DNA from: Chitinophagaceae bacterium
GTDB taxonomy: Bacteria; Bacteroidota; Bacteroidia; Chitinophagales; Chitinophagaceae
Length of the DNA: 47,053 nt
Assembly (NCBI GenBank): GCA_031395125.1
Contig: JANNUI010000569.1
Location: 1 to 47,053, forward strand
Direction: 5' to 3'
Shown here: piece after piece, positions 10,436 through 19,836 of the stretch
How the letters are laid out: the number at the start of each line of letters is the position of its first letter
How positions within the stretch are numbered: the stretch's first letter is position 1
The notes under the pieces: model-generated
Seen by the model: only the letters and a program-made list of their open reading frames with translations
What the model was told of the DNA's origin: nothing
The model's database searches: none
Position numbers and translations under genes: made by a program

Positions 10436-10526
10436 GGCCACGAAATGACACGAAAAAACACGAAAAAATTCTTTTTCTTCCTTTCGTGAAATTTAGTGTG
10501 TACTGAGTTTACCGAAGTATCGTGGC
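10436..10526. repeat. (CAC-Nx)3 inverted repeat, family B, 10-nt period, with nested 19-nt insert
   Basis: ggccacgaaa tgacacgaaa aaacacgaaa ... tttcgtgaaa tttagtgtg [tactgagtttaccgaagta] tcgtggc. Confidence 0.75.
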
Positions 10527-10531
10527 AGTTA

Positions 10532-11836
10532 TTATTTCATATTCATATAATCAATCACCAGGCTGCAAAAAGCCCGTATACCGGTTTTCATTCCGCTGTC
10601 GTCCACATAAAAATCGGCAGTGTGGTGCGGTGGCGCTTTTGTTTTATCATTTCCCCTGGGCATACCCCCGAGATAAAAGAAAAAAGCAGGAGCCTTTGTT
10701 CCATAATACGAAAAATCTTCGGCTCCTGTCACCCATTCCCTTTCAGTTACTTTGTCAGCTCCTGCCGCAGCCTCCAGCGATGGCAGTGTTTTTTTAACCA
10801 GTTCGGGAGTATTATACGTGACCAGTGTTTTGGTTTCAAAACTCACTTCTGCGGTGGCGCCGTTTGCTTCTGCAATTTTTTCGGCGGTCCATTTTATTTT
10901 TTCATGCACTATTGTCTGCATTTTACTGTCGAGTGTTCGTATCGTTCCATCCATCCGGCAATCTTCCGGGATGATATTCTGGCGAACGCCTCCGTGTATT
11001 TTGCCCACTGTTATCACCACCGGCGCCTTTGTCAGTTCCATCTGCCGGCTTACAATATTCTGTAAACCCTCTATGATCTGGGCAGATACCTGTATCGGGT
11101 CAACGCCTTTCCAGGGTTGCGACCCATGGCTTCCTTTTCCCTTAACTTTTATCGAAAACCAGTCTGCTGCCGCCATAAATGCGCCGGGTTTATACTGAAT
11201 GCTTCCGATTTCAATATCAGATTCAATGTGTAATCCGAATATGGCGTCTACTTTGGGATTTTCCATCACTCCTTCCTTTATCATCAATGGGGCTCCTCCT
11301 TCTTCTCCATCTGGCGGGCCTTCTTCCGCTGGTTGAAAAATGAATTTTATGGTCCCCTTCAGCTCATTTTTCATTCCGGAAAGAATTTCAGCTACACTCA
11401 TCAGGATGGCTGTATGTGTATCATGACCACAGGCGTGCATCACTCCTACTTCCTGCCCGTTGTAGGTAGTTTTTTGTTTTGAGGCAAAGGGGATTTTCAC
11501 CCGTTCTGTTACCGGCAATGCGTCAATATCGGCCCGCAAGGCAATACAGGGGCCCGGTTTACCGCCTTTTAAAATGCCCACTACGCCTGTTTTGGCGACA
11601 TTTTCCTTTGTTTCAATGCCGAGGCTCTTTAAGTGATCTGCGATGATCTTTGATGTCCTGAACTCCCTGTTACCCAGTTCCGGGTTTTGGTGAAAATCCC
11701 TCCGCCATTCTATACATTTTGCCTCGATCTTATCCGCGGCGGCAAAGGCTTTTGCTCTTATTTTTTCGTTGTCAGCCTGGGCAAAAAAATTTATGGTGAT
11801 CACCAGCATTACCGGCAGCAAAACCCCTTTTTTCAT
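10532..11836 (-). CDS. M20D amidohydrolase (Acy1/hippurate hydrolase-like), secreted
   Basis: HQNPELG, RADIDALP, MHACGHD, FQPAEEG, GSHGSQP, AEDFS, HH. Confidence 0.93.
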   Translation of the reverse strand: MKKGVLLPVMLVITINFFAQADNEKIRAKAFAAADKIEAKCIEWRRDFHQNPELGNREFRTSKIIADHLKSLGIETKENVAKTGVVGILKGGKPGPCIALRADIDALPVTERVKIPFASKQKTTYNGQEVGVMHACGHDTHTAILMSVAEILSGMKNELKGTIKFIFQPAEEGPPDGEEGGAPLMIKEGVMENPKVDAIFGLHIESDIEIGSIQYKPGAFMAAADWFSIKVKGKGSHGSQPWKGVDPIQVSAQIIEGLQNIVSRQMELTKAPVVITVGKIHGGVRQNIIPEDCRMDGTIRTLDSKMQTIVHEKIKWTAEKIAEANGATAEVSFETKTLVTYNTPELVKKTLPSLEAAAGADKVTEREWVTGAEDFSYYGTKAPAFFFYLGGMPRGNDKTKAPPHHTADFYVDDSGMKTGIRAFCSLVIDYMNMK

Positions 11837-12001
11837 GCGTTTATTTTTTATGAATTTAATGCAAATGGCGGTTCCCCGGTCCTCATAATCTCCTTACCTT
11901 ATTTTATTTACTTGAGCTACGAAGCTTTTAGGCCCGATAATGATAAATTTTGCCTGATTTTGCTTTATGACTTTAAAGCGTAGTAGTATATTTAGCACTC
12001 A

Positions 12002-13249
12002 ATGCTGCTGCGCCATATTCCATTCCTGAAGGCCGTGTTTTTACACAGCGTTACTGCTTTTGGCGGCCCGCAGGCCCATCTTGGCATGATGATGAGAACC
12101 TTTGTGCAACGGCGGCCTTATATAACAGAAGAGGAACTGATGGAGTACAATGCCTTTTGCCAGTTACTTCCCGGTGCTTCTTCTACGCAAACACTGACGT
12201 TGATCGGCTATAAAAGGGGCGGTGTGCCGCTTGCCGTATTGACACTACTCATCTGGATCATGCCGGCGAGCCTTATCATGGGCGCCCTGTCGTTCCTGTT
12301 ACGCTATATTGACCACCGGCAGCTGGGCACAGATATTTTCAAATTCATCCCCCCTATGGCTGTTGGTTTTTTGGCTTATGCAGCATTTGTTGCATTTCCG
12401 TTAGCTGTAAAAAATACTATTACCTGGGTTATTATGATCATTGGCACAGCCACCACTTATTTTTTGTTTGGTCAACCATGGGTGATACCGGCTTTGATCA
12501 TTACAGGAGGGATCATCACCAACGTGAGCCGGAAACGCATTCCCCAAACAGAACAAAAACCCAGAAAGATCAAGTGGTGGAATTTTTGGCTGTTCGGGAT
12601 CATTTTTATCGCCGCCGCTATATTGAGTGAAAGGGCCCGCATTGATGAATGGCCGGACAGAAGGCCCGTCAATCTTTTTGAGAATACATACCGGATGGGC
12701 AGCCTGGTCTTTGGTGGCGGCCAGGTGCTGATGCCAATGATGTACGAACAGTGGAGTGTGCGGCCCGAGGTCCTGAAAACAAAAGCCAAGAACAGGGATG
12801 CCATACAAATTGATGAGCAGGATATGTACACAGGGATGGGGATCGTAAGGGCCCTGCCCGGGCCTGTTTTTTCCATTGCTTCCTTTACGGGCGGAATGGC
12901 GCTTAAAGATATGGGAAAGGAAATGCAGGTGGTGGGATGCCTGATCGGTATGGTCGCTATTTTTCTTCCAAGCGCCTTATTGGTCCTGTTCTTTTTTCCG
13001 ATCTGGAATAACCTGAAAAAATATGCGGCTGTTTACCGTTCCCTGGAGGGTATCAATGCGGTGGTAGTAGGGATCATGATCGCTTCCACTTTTTACATTA
13101 TGAAGGATATCACCTTCTCAGATATCAAACCCATCAGCAGCCTGATCAGCGTATTGGTCATGCTGGGAACTTTCCTGCTCCTGAGCTTTACCCGTGTTGC
13201 AGCACCTTTTATTGTTATCGGTTGTCTTGTCCTGGGATATTTTTTCTGA
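12002..13249 (+). CDS. chrA: Chromate ion transporter (CHR family, long chain)
   Basis: [38 protein letters not shown]; two homologous halves. Confidence 0.88.
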   Translation: MLLRHIPFLKAVFLHSVTAFGGPQAHLGMMMRTFVQRRPYITEEELMEYNAFCQLLPGASSTQTLTLIGYKRGGVPLAVLTLLIWIMPASLIMGALSFLLRYIDHRQLGTDIFKFIPPMAVGFLAYAAFVAFPLAVKNTITWVIMIIGTATTYFLFGQPWVIPALIITGGIITNVSRKRIPQTEQKPRKIKWWNFWLFGIIFIAAAILSERARIDEWPDRRPVNLFENTYRMGSLVFGGGQVLMPMMYEQWSVRPEVLKTKAKNRDAIQIDEQDMYTGMGIVRALPGPVFSIASFTGGMALKDMGKEMQVVGCLIGMVAIFLPSALLVLFFFPIWNNLKKYAAVYRSLEGINAVVVGIMIASTFYIMKDITFSDIKPISSLISVLVMLGTFLLLSFTRVAAPFIVIGCLVLGYFF

Positions 13250-13251
13250 TC

Positions 13252-13824
13252 TCACTTTTTATAGTAGCCCCCTTTTTCTATCTCTTCCCATACTTTTTCG
13301 GGCAGCATATACCGCACCGATTTTCCTTCCCTGATATACTTACGTATTTGAGTAGCCGATAATTGCAGCAGCGGTGCCCCGAGGATTTGCGGTTGCAGGC
13401 CCTGTTTATTTTCTGACGGGAACCCCGGTCTTATATAAACATACAATGGGTAATTTTTGGTGATCACTTCATAGTTCTTCCATTTGTGGAGGTTTTGAAA
13501 ACTATCGCTGCCCATGATGATGCAAAATTCATGTTCCGGATGTTTTTCTGCCAGGTAGGCAAGGGTGTTGACTGTATAAGAAGGTTTTGGAAGTCCGAAT
13601 TCTATATCTGAAGCTTTTATCCGGTTGTCATCTTCCGTGGCCAACCTTACAAGGTGCAGGCGGTGATATTCATTCAACAAAGAGTTTTCCTGTTTGAAAG
13701 GATTCTGGGGCGAGACAACAAACCAGATCTTCTCAATATCTGTTTCGTTCAAAATGTGATTGGCGATGATCAGGTGGCCTACATGAACAGGGTTAAAAGA
13801 ACCGAAAAAAAGCCCTATTTTCAT
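13252..13824 (-). CDS. nadD: Nicotinate-nucleotide adenylyltransferase
   Basis: FGSFNPVHVGH, SPQNPFK, PSYTVNTL, IMGSD, LSATQIR. Confidence 0.96.
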   Translation of the reverse strand: MKIGLFFGSFNPVHVGHLIIANHILNETDIEKIWFVVSPQNPFKQENSLLNEYHRLHLVRLATEDDNRIKASDIEFGLPKPSYTVNTLAYLAEKHPEHEFCIIMGSDSFQNLHKWKNYEVITKNYPLYVYIRPGFPSENKQGLQPQILGAPLLQLSATQIRKYIREGKSVRYMLPEKVWEEIEKGGYYKK

Positions 13825-13840
13825 TTTAAAACATTGATTA

Positions 13841-14071
13841 TCAACGTATTATTTCCACCATTATATGTTCGGCCTCGTTAAGCCGTAAACTTAGATGGTA
13901 GCCGGCTACATTCACAGAAATAGGGTCGCCGAGAGGCGCAACTTGTTCCAGAAGGATCCTTTCTCCTGGCACACAACCCATTTCCATCAGTTTGAGGAAG
14001 ATCTCGTTGCTGTTGAATTCTTTAATGATTCCCTCCTGTCCCGGTTTTAATTCTGAAAGCCTGGCAATCAT
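13841..14071 (-). CDS. feoA: Ferrous iron transport protein A
   Basis: LSELKPG, KLMEMGCVPG, APLGDPI, LSLRLNEA. Confidence 0.93.
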   Translation of the reverse strand: MIARLSELKPGQEGIIKEFNSNEIFLKLMEMGCVPGERILLEQVAPLGDPISVNVAGYHLSLRLNEAEHIMVEIIR

Positions 14072-14092
14072 TTGCTGTTTTTAGTAATAAAA

Positions 14093-14100
14093 CAAAGCTA
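14093..14100 (-). promoter_or_regulatory. -7 promoter element for feoA-nadD
   Basis: Reverse complement TAGCTTTG matches TAnnTTTG, 21 nt upstream of the ATG. Confidence 0.6.
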
Positions 14101-14138
14101 CCCTTGTTGGTTGGTTTTTCTTTACGAATTTTGAAATT

Positions 14139-14570
14139 ATGCCTTCAGTATCAAAAGTTTGCTTCTTTTTTGAGCAAAAGGGCTTCCCCCTTAAAAACAG
14201 GGGCAGCCTGAAGGCTTTTATTGAATCTATATTCAGGAAAGAAAAAAGAAAGCTTGATTCACTAAATTATATCTTCTGCTCAGATAAAGGATTGCTGGAA
14301 ATAAACCGGCGGTATCTCGGTCACGACCATTTCACAGATATTATCAGTTTTGACCTTTCTGACTCAGATTCGATCCAGGGTGAAATCTATATCAGTATTG
14401 ATAGGGTAATGGAAAATGCCCAAAAACTGAAACTGACCTTTAAATCAGAACTCCACCGGGTTATTTTCCATGGCGTCCTGCATTTATGTGGTTATAAGGA
14501 TAAGACCCAAAAAGAGACAAAGAAAATGAGGGCTATGGAAGGCTATTATCTGCTTATGTACTCTTATTAG
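14139..14570 (+). CDS. ybeY: rRNA maturation endoribonuclease YbeY
   Basis: INRRYLGHD, TDIISF, GEIYIS, HGVLHLCGYKD. Confidence 0.95.
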   Translation: MPSVSKVCFFFEQKGFPLKNRGSLKAFIESIFRKEKRKLDSLNYIFCSDKGLLEINRRYLGHDHFTDIISFDLSDSDSIQGEIYISIDRVMENAQKLKLTFKSELHRVIFHGVLHLCGYKDKTQKETKKMRAMEGYYLLMYSY

Positions 14571-14616
14571 TGTTCCACGGAGCACAGTTTCAGGCTGAAA
14601 CAGTGTCCCGTGGAAC
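14571..14616. promoter_or_regulatory. Long imperfect palindrome made of degenerate parS-like sites
   Basis: tgttccacggagcaca gtttcaggctgaaaca gtgtcccgtggaac; half-sites TGTTCCACG, CGTGGAAC, GTTTCA and TGAAAC match the parS consensus TGTT(T/C)CACGTG(A/G)AACA. Confidence 0.55.
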
Positions 14617-14619
14617 CCC

Positions 14620-14627
14620 TACCTTTG
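14620..14627 (+). promoter_or_regulatory. -7 promoter element
   Basis: TACCTTTG, 13 nt before ATG 14641. Confidence 0.6.
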
Positions 14628-14640
14628 CGGAAATTGTTTT

Positions 14641-15255
14641 ATGGCGAGAAACCCGGTGATTCCTGCAGAAGAAGCAACTCCTTCCTTGTTGAAATTCAGA
14701 GAAAAAAGAAAATGGCAAATCTCACTAAGGCGGTATGTGATCGAAAAACATATTTGTGTCGCCTATGCCCCCTATTTTGGCCTGGATGTAAAAAACATAC
14801 GGAAATGGTTTGAATATCAATTTCAGGATGATATTAGCTGGGGTGATTTTGGAAAAAAATGGCAGTTCGATCATATTATTCCGGTTACATATTTTGATTT
14901 CGGGAATGAAGAAGAGTTAAAAATGTGCTGGAATTTCACCAATATCCGTGTTGAATATTTTCAAAAGAACAAAGACCGGGGCAATAGGCTGGATATATTA
15001 GCTGCCAAAACTTACTTCAAAAAGCTTTACGAAGCCACCAATTATTCACCCTGCCTTAAGTTGCTGCAAAAAATAGACAGAATTGAGATTTCGGAGTTCA
15101 TAAGCATCAAAGCCCAACAAGATTTTATTAGAGATCATTGGGAGTATCTGAGTATGATTGAAAACTATTCTTCCTTTGAGTTTGAGCTTTTAAACAGTGG
15201 CAGAACTATAGATGAAGTAAAAAAGGAGTTCGAACTCTTTAAAAAGTACGAATAG
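14641..15255 (+). CDS. Hypothetical protein with HNH-like (beta-beta-alpha-Me) motif
   Basis: WGDFGKKWQFDHIIPVTYFD...CWNFTNIR...KN resembles the DH..N..N pattern of viral/phage HNH-like proteins. Confidence 0.6.
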   Translation: MARNPVIPAEEATPSLLKFREKRKWQISLRRYVIEKHICVAYAPYFGLDVKNIRKWFEYQFQDDISWGDFGKKWQFDHIIPVTYFDFGNEEELKMCWNFTNIRVEYFQKNKDRGNRLDILAAKTYFKKLYEATNYSPCLKLLQKIDRIEISEFISIKAQQDFIRDHWEYLSMIENYSSFEFELLNSGRTIDEVKKEFELFKKYE

Positions 15256-15271
15256 GGCGAAAAGAACAAAC

Positions 15272-15279
15272 TACCTTTG
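15272..15279 (+). promoter_or_regulatory. -7 promoter element for mnmG
   Basis: TACCTTTG, 6 nt before ATG 15286. Confidence 0.65.
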
Positions 15280-15285
15280 CAGCCC

Positions 15286-17148
15286 ATGTTTCCAGAATAC
15301 GATGTGATTGTTGTAGGCGCTGGCCACGCTGGCTGTGAAGCAGCGGCAGCAGCAGCAAATCTTGGCTCCAAAACCATATTGGTGACCATGAATATGCAGA
15401 CTATTGCCCAAATGAGCTGTAATCCGGCCATGGGGGGTATTGCTAAAGGCCAGATTGTTAGGGAAATTGATGCTATGGGGGGATATTCCGGGATCGTAAC
15501 TGATCAGTCCACCATTCAGTTCAGGATGCTGAACCGAAGCAAAGGGCCAGCCATGTGGAGTCCAAGAGCACAAAACGATCGGATGCTTTTCCACCTTAAG
15601 TGGAGGGAAATGCTGGAAAATACCCAGAACCTTGATTTTTACCAGGATATGGTTAAAAGTCTATTGGTAAAAGAAGGAAGATGCTATGGTGTGGTAACCG
15701 GGCTGGGGCATGAGATAAAAGCAAAGTCGGTAGTGCTTACCAACGGTACTTTTTTGAACGGCGTTGTTCATATTGGAGAGAAGAGCTTTGGAGGAGGAAG
15801 GCTGGCGGAGAAAGCTGCCACAGGAATTACAGAGCAATTGGTTTCGCTTGGGTTTGAGAGTGATCGTTTGAAAACAGGAACTCCGCCCAGGATCGATGGA
15901 AGGAGCCTGGATTATTCTAAAATGGAGGAGCAGCCTGGTGATAATGAAGTGGTGGGCTTCTCTTATCTGGATACGGAAAAGCCAAAAAAGCAAAGAAGCT
16001 GCTGGATTACCTATACCAACCAGGCGGTTCATGATATACTGAAGACCGGGTTTGACAGAAGCCCCATGTTTGCAGGAAGAATTGACGGGGTAGGACCGCG
16101 ATACTGCCCAAGCATTGAGGATAAGATAAACCGCTTTGCAGAAAGAGAAAGACATCAGCTATTCATCGAGCCGGAGGGATGGAACACCGTGGAAGTATAT
16201 TTAAATGGGTTCTCCACCTCATTACCGGAAGAAGTGCAATACGAAGCTCTTCGTAATATAGTTGGTTTTGAGAAAGCAAAAATGTTCCGCCCCGGCTATG
16301 CGATCGAATACGATTTTTTTCCCCCGACTCAATTGACTTCTTCATTAGAAACAAAACTGATTAAAAATCTATTTTTTGCGGGACAAATAAACGGAACCAC
16401 CGGTTATGAAGAGGCCACCTGCCAGGGATTGATGGCCGGTATCAATGCACATCAGAGATCAAGAGAACAGGATCCGGTTATTTTGAAAAGGAGTGAGGCG
16501 TACATTGGCGTGCTGATCGATGACCTGATCAGCAAGGGCACACAGGAGCCTTACAGAATGTTTACATCAAGAGCCGAGTTCAGAACATTGTTGCGGCAGG
16601 ATAATGCAGATCTTCGGTTAACTGAATTAAGTTATCGGCTTGGACTTGCCTCACAAGAGCGAATGGATAAAGTAATTGAGAAGAGAGAATCAGTAGAAAA
16701 AATTAAAACGATACTAAAAGAAATAGCCGTGGAGCCGGATCAGATAAACAGTTGGTTTGAACAGATCCGTTCATCAAAAATTTCAGAGAAACAAAAAGCG
16801 GAAAAAATTCTTCTCCGTCCGAATGTGGAGTTGGTTGATCTTTCTGAGGTATTACCAAAATTAAAAACGGCTTTATCCTCTTTTTCCAAAGATGCGGTTG
16901 AACAGGCAGCGATCCAGGTGAAATATGATGTGTACATAGAAAAAGAAAAAGAGCTGGTGCAAAGGATGAGCCAGTTAGAAGAATTAGAAATACCCGAAAG
17001 CTTCGACTATAAAAGGATATCCTCTCTCGGTAACGAGGCCAGGGAGAAACTTACCCGCATCAGGCCCCGGACACTGGGCCAGGCCAGCCGGATCTCCGGT
17101 ATTAATCCCAGCGATGTACAGATATTAATGGTCTTTATGGGGCGGTAA
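15286..17148 (+). CDS. mnmG: tRNA uridine 5-carboxymethylaminomethyl modification enzyme MnmG (GidA)
   Basis: VVGAGHAGCEAA, MSCNPAMGG, RLKTGTPPR, GPRYCPSIEDK, AGQINGTTGYEEA, PYRMFTSRAE. Confidence 0.98.
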   Translation: MFPEYDVIVVGAGHAGCEAAAAAANLGSKTILVTMNMQTIAQMSCNPAMGGIAKGQIVREIDAMGGYSGIVTDQSTIQFRMLNRSKGPAMWSPRAQNDRMLFHLKWREMLENTQNLDFYQDMVKSLLVKEGRCYGVVTGLGHEIKAKSVVLTNGTFLNGVVHIGEKSFGGGRLAEKAATGITEQLVSLGFESDRLKTGTPPRIDGRSLDYSKMEEQPGDNEVVGFSYLDTEKPKKQRSCWITYTNQAVHDILKTGFDRSPMFAGRIDGVGPRYCPSIEDKINRFAERERHQLFIEPEGWNTVEVYLNGFSTSLPEEVQYEALRNIVGFEKAKMFRPGYAIEYDFFPPTQLTSSLETKLIKNLFFAGQINGTTGYEEATCQGLMAGINAHQRSREQDPVILKRSEAYIGVLIDDLISKGTQEPYRMFTSRAEFRTLLRQDNADLRLTELSYRLGLASQERMDKVIEKRESVEKIKTILKEIAVEPDQINSWFEQIRSSKISEKQKAEKILLRPNVELVDLSEVLPKLKTALSSFSKDAVEQAAIQVKYDVYIEKEKELVQRMSQLEELEIPESFDYKRISSLGNEAREKLTRIRPRTLGQASRISGINPSDVQILMVFMGR

Positions 17149-18574
17149 ATGTTTTAAGCGAATGCTCCCTTACGGTCAGGGAATTTTTTTTGATCCCCAT
17201 TATTAGCCCGCGGCAATGGGCTGCTCCGCACTGGCATTGAAACGGCTCCATGTTTTCATCCAGAAATTGGGCATAATCAAGCGTAAGCTCTGTCCCTTGT
17301 TTTGTGTTCTTTAGGGCCATCATATTCAACCCGTCGAATGCTGTGTTCGGCTTGCAGCTGTGGTTTTGCGGGGCCCACTCTGCAGGGTCTTCATCCCATA
17401 GTATAAATAACTCTTCGCTGACGGGGTAGGCATAGCGGCGGAAATGAAGTTTTTCATCTTCGTTCCAGTTCTTTTCCACAAATCGTTTGGTGATGACCCG
17501 CTGAGATCTGCCTTCGCCCTTGAAGATCATCTCGCCTTTCCGGATATCCCGGCTTGCATAAATTCCATACCCGGCTATCGAATTCCCCATCATCACATAA
17601 GGTTTTATTTTTCTTTTGTGCCGGGCAATGCCCTCGGCAATGATATGACGCAAAAAACCGGCTTGCCCGATCTCATCATATTTCAAAATAAAATCAGCTG
17701 ACCCCTCATACCCGTCTTTGTAAAAAACAGAGCAAGTAAGATTCATTTCCAGAAAATATACTTTGTTCTTGTCGTTTACCCTGAAATCGAGACGACCATA
17801 CCCGACTGCATTTACCGCACTGAAAATTTTTTCAGCTGCATGGCGAAGCTGTTTATCTATGTCCTCATCGGTACAGGGAAAATTACATTCAGGATGCAGT
17901 TCGGATGTTTTTAATGAGTAGGTTTTGAATTCCTTTCCCCTGGGGAATAAATATTCCACCGGGCGAAAAACAGTGCAGCCCTGTCCATCCGGATTGCCGG
18001 CCACCAGCGCCGTAAATTCCCTCCCGGCAATATATTCTTCTACCAGCAGCGGGGCGTATTCTTTAATGATACTTGCTGTTTTTTCAGTCAGTTCTTTTAT
18101 ATTATGGACCAGGGAGTGTTCGTCAACCCCAAGGCTGTCGCCCGCATGGGCCGGTTTCACAAACATGGGGAATTGCAAATGCCTTAGTGCCTCATCAAGG
18201 TCTTTCATCTCGTTCACCAGTACAAATCCCGGGGTTGTGATGCCCTCGCAATAGGCAATATATTTCATGAGTTCTTTGGGAACATCATAGAGTTTGGTAC
18301 TGGGGCCGGTAAAGGGAAGGTTGAGCGACTCCATGCAGAACACAACATCCACGCCGGGCACCTCCCATTCTGGATAGCCTTCGCAGAGGTTTACAAAAAT
18401 GTCAAACCCCTGTTTGCTGAGTTCTTTCAGCTGCCTGAATGTGGTGAGTTTGTTCAGGAATATGTTATGCACTTCATGCTCGGGTATTAGGGGGGCCAGT
18501 TCCCGTGGCGGATCATAGTTTTTATAATCAACCCCGGTGGTGGAATAGTCCGGTTGCAATACACAAACTTTCAT
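17135..18574 (-). CDS. D-Ala-D-Ala-ligase-like ATP-grasp domain fused to SET and post-SET domains
   Basis: ATP-grasp: FVKPAHAGDSLGV, VEEYIAGREFT, YGRLDFR, FLEMN; SET: GYGIYASRDIRKGE, NHSCKPN, ELTLDY; post-SET: CQCGAAHC. Confidence 0.88.
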   Translation of the reverse strand: MKVCVLQPDYSTTGVDYKNYDPPRELAPLIPEHEVHNIFLNKLTTFRQLKELSKQGFDIFVNLCEGYPEWEVPGVDVVFCMESLNLPFTGPSTKLYDVPKELMKYIAYCEGITTPGFVLVNEMKDLDEALRHLQFPMFVKPAHAGDSLGVDEHSLVHNIKELTEKTASIIKEYAPLLVEEYIAGREFTALVAGNPDGQGCTVFRPVEYLFPRGKEFKTYSLKTSELHPECNFPCTDEDIDKQLRHAAEKIFSAVNAVGYGRLDFRVNDKNKVYFLEMNLTCSVFYKDGYEGSADFILKYDEIGQAGFLRHIIAEGIARHKRKIKPYVMMGNSIAGYGIYASRDIRKGEMIFKGEGRSQRVITKRFVEKNWNEDEKLHFRRYAYPVSEELFILWDEDPAEWAPQNHSCKPNTAFDGLNMMALKNTKQGTELTLDYAQFLDENMEPFQCQCGAAHCRGLIMGIKKNSLTVREHSLKTFTAP

Positions 18575-18669
18575 GCGCAGCTTTTGTTTTTATGGTTCCC
18601 TCTTCAGCTGTCCCTGCCTGACCCGGAAGGTTGAATATTGCCAGTAAGAATTCCGGCAATACAGGCAAA

Positions 18670-19830
18670 TTATTTAACCGGAACCGTTTTGGAGGTACTG
18701 GCGGCCCTGATTTTTTTTACAGGAATCGTTTTCATTACGCTTCTTCTCAATGCATCTTTCAGGATTTCCGTTATCACTTCCGTATAGCTTACATCCGAGG
18801 CTTTTATTATTGCTCCTATTGAAGTATAATCTTCGTCTTCGCTTAATCCGCACTGGGCATTCACTTCCAGCAGGTATAATTTTCCGCTGGAAGCATCCTG
18901 GCGTATATCAATTCTTGTATAGCCCTTGCCGCCGCAGGCCTTATAGGCATCAAAACTCAGTTTCTTTAAAGCGGCAACCAGCGGCCCTTTTACTTTCTGG
19001 TAGTCGTAAAAGTTGCCATTTTCCGGCATCGGCTTCTCATCTTCATATATTTCCCAAAGCCTGTCAAAAGATAAAAACTTTTCTGAGTCGGGCAGTGACG
19101 GATGAAATATCCGTTCTACCGGCTCATATACAACGCAATTCCTCCTGTCATTAGCTGAACCGGTAATAAAAGTGGTGAATTCTGGTCCTGTAATGAATTG
19201 CTCAACAAAAAGACCGCCGGCCAGCAGGTTCCAGCCCCGGTAGCCTTTGTAGATCTCCTGCACTCTTGCAGCAAGCTCTTCTTCGGTGTTTACCACATTT
19301 TTCACGGATACCCCCATACTGCCCCCGGAAACCGCCGGTTTGATAATAATAGGAGTGCCCACTCTTTTTGCAAGTCCCCTGGTCGAACCCCTTTTATCCG
19401 AGATCACCCTCCAGTTGGCGGTCGGTACAGCAGCTTTATCAAAAGCCTTCTTCATGGGTATCTTGGAGGTGGTGATGTTGTAAAAGTTTGCATCGGAACC
19501 CGTATAGATCAGCCCGTATTTTTCCAGCTCATGGATGACAGATACGCCGGGTGTTCCGTTCACTTCATCGCCATCGCAAAGATTTAGTACCAGGGCGGTT
19601 TTACCATTCCTGTTTTCGGCGATGGATCTGATAATGGCCCGGAAGTTATCCATCGAAACCGGCTGCCATTTCCAGTCAGTACCCAGTTCCTCAAATACTT
19701 TGGTGAACTCTTTGATACTATGGGTGAAATCGTAGTAGTGTTGAATATTCGGGTCGTCTGATTCCAGGAAGGGAGCCAGTACCCAGATCTTATATGGCTT
19801 AAACAGCTTTGCCGCTTCGCAATTCTTCAT
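18670..19830 (-). CDS. D-Ala-D-Ala-ligase-like ATP-grasp protein
   Basis: NLCDG, YTGSD, IIKPAVSGGSMGV, VEQFITGPEFT, YTRIDIR, LLEVNAQCG. Confidence 0.85.
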   Translation of the reverse strand: MKNCEAAKLFKPYKIWVLAPFLESDDPNIQHYYDFTHSIKEFTKVFEELGTDWKWQPVSMDNFRAIIRSIAENRNGKTALVLNLCDGDEVNGTPGVSVIHELEKYGLIYTGSDANFYNITTSKIPMKKAFDKAAVPTANWRVISDKRGSTRGLAKRVGTPIIIKPAVSGGSMGVSVKNVVNTEEELAARVQEIYKGYRGWNLLAGGLFVEQFITGPEFTTFITGSANDRRNCVVYEPVERIFHPSLPDSEKFLSFDRLWEIYEDEKPMPENGNFYDYQKVKGPLVAALKKLSFDAYKACGGKGYTRIDIRQDASSGKLYLLEVNAQCGLSEDEDYTSIGAIIKASDVSYTEVITEILKDALRRSVMKTIPVKKIRAASTSKTVPVK

Positions 19831-19836
19831 ACAACG

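Noticed and set aside
18670-19830. Housekeeping ddl or van ligase
   Set aside because: Lacks the N-terminal GGxSxE, HGxxGEDG and NTxPG motifs, and is not in a cell-wall gene context
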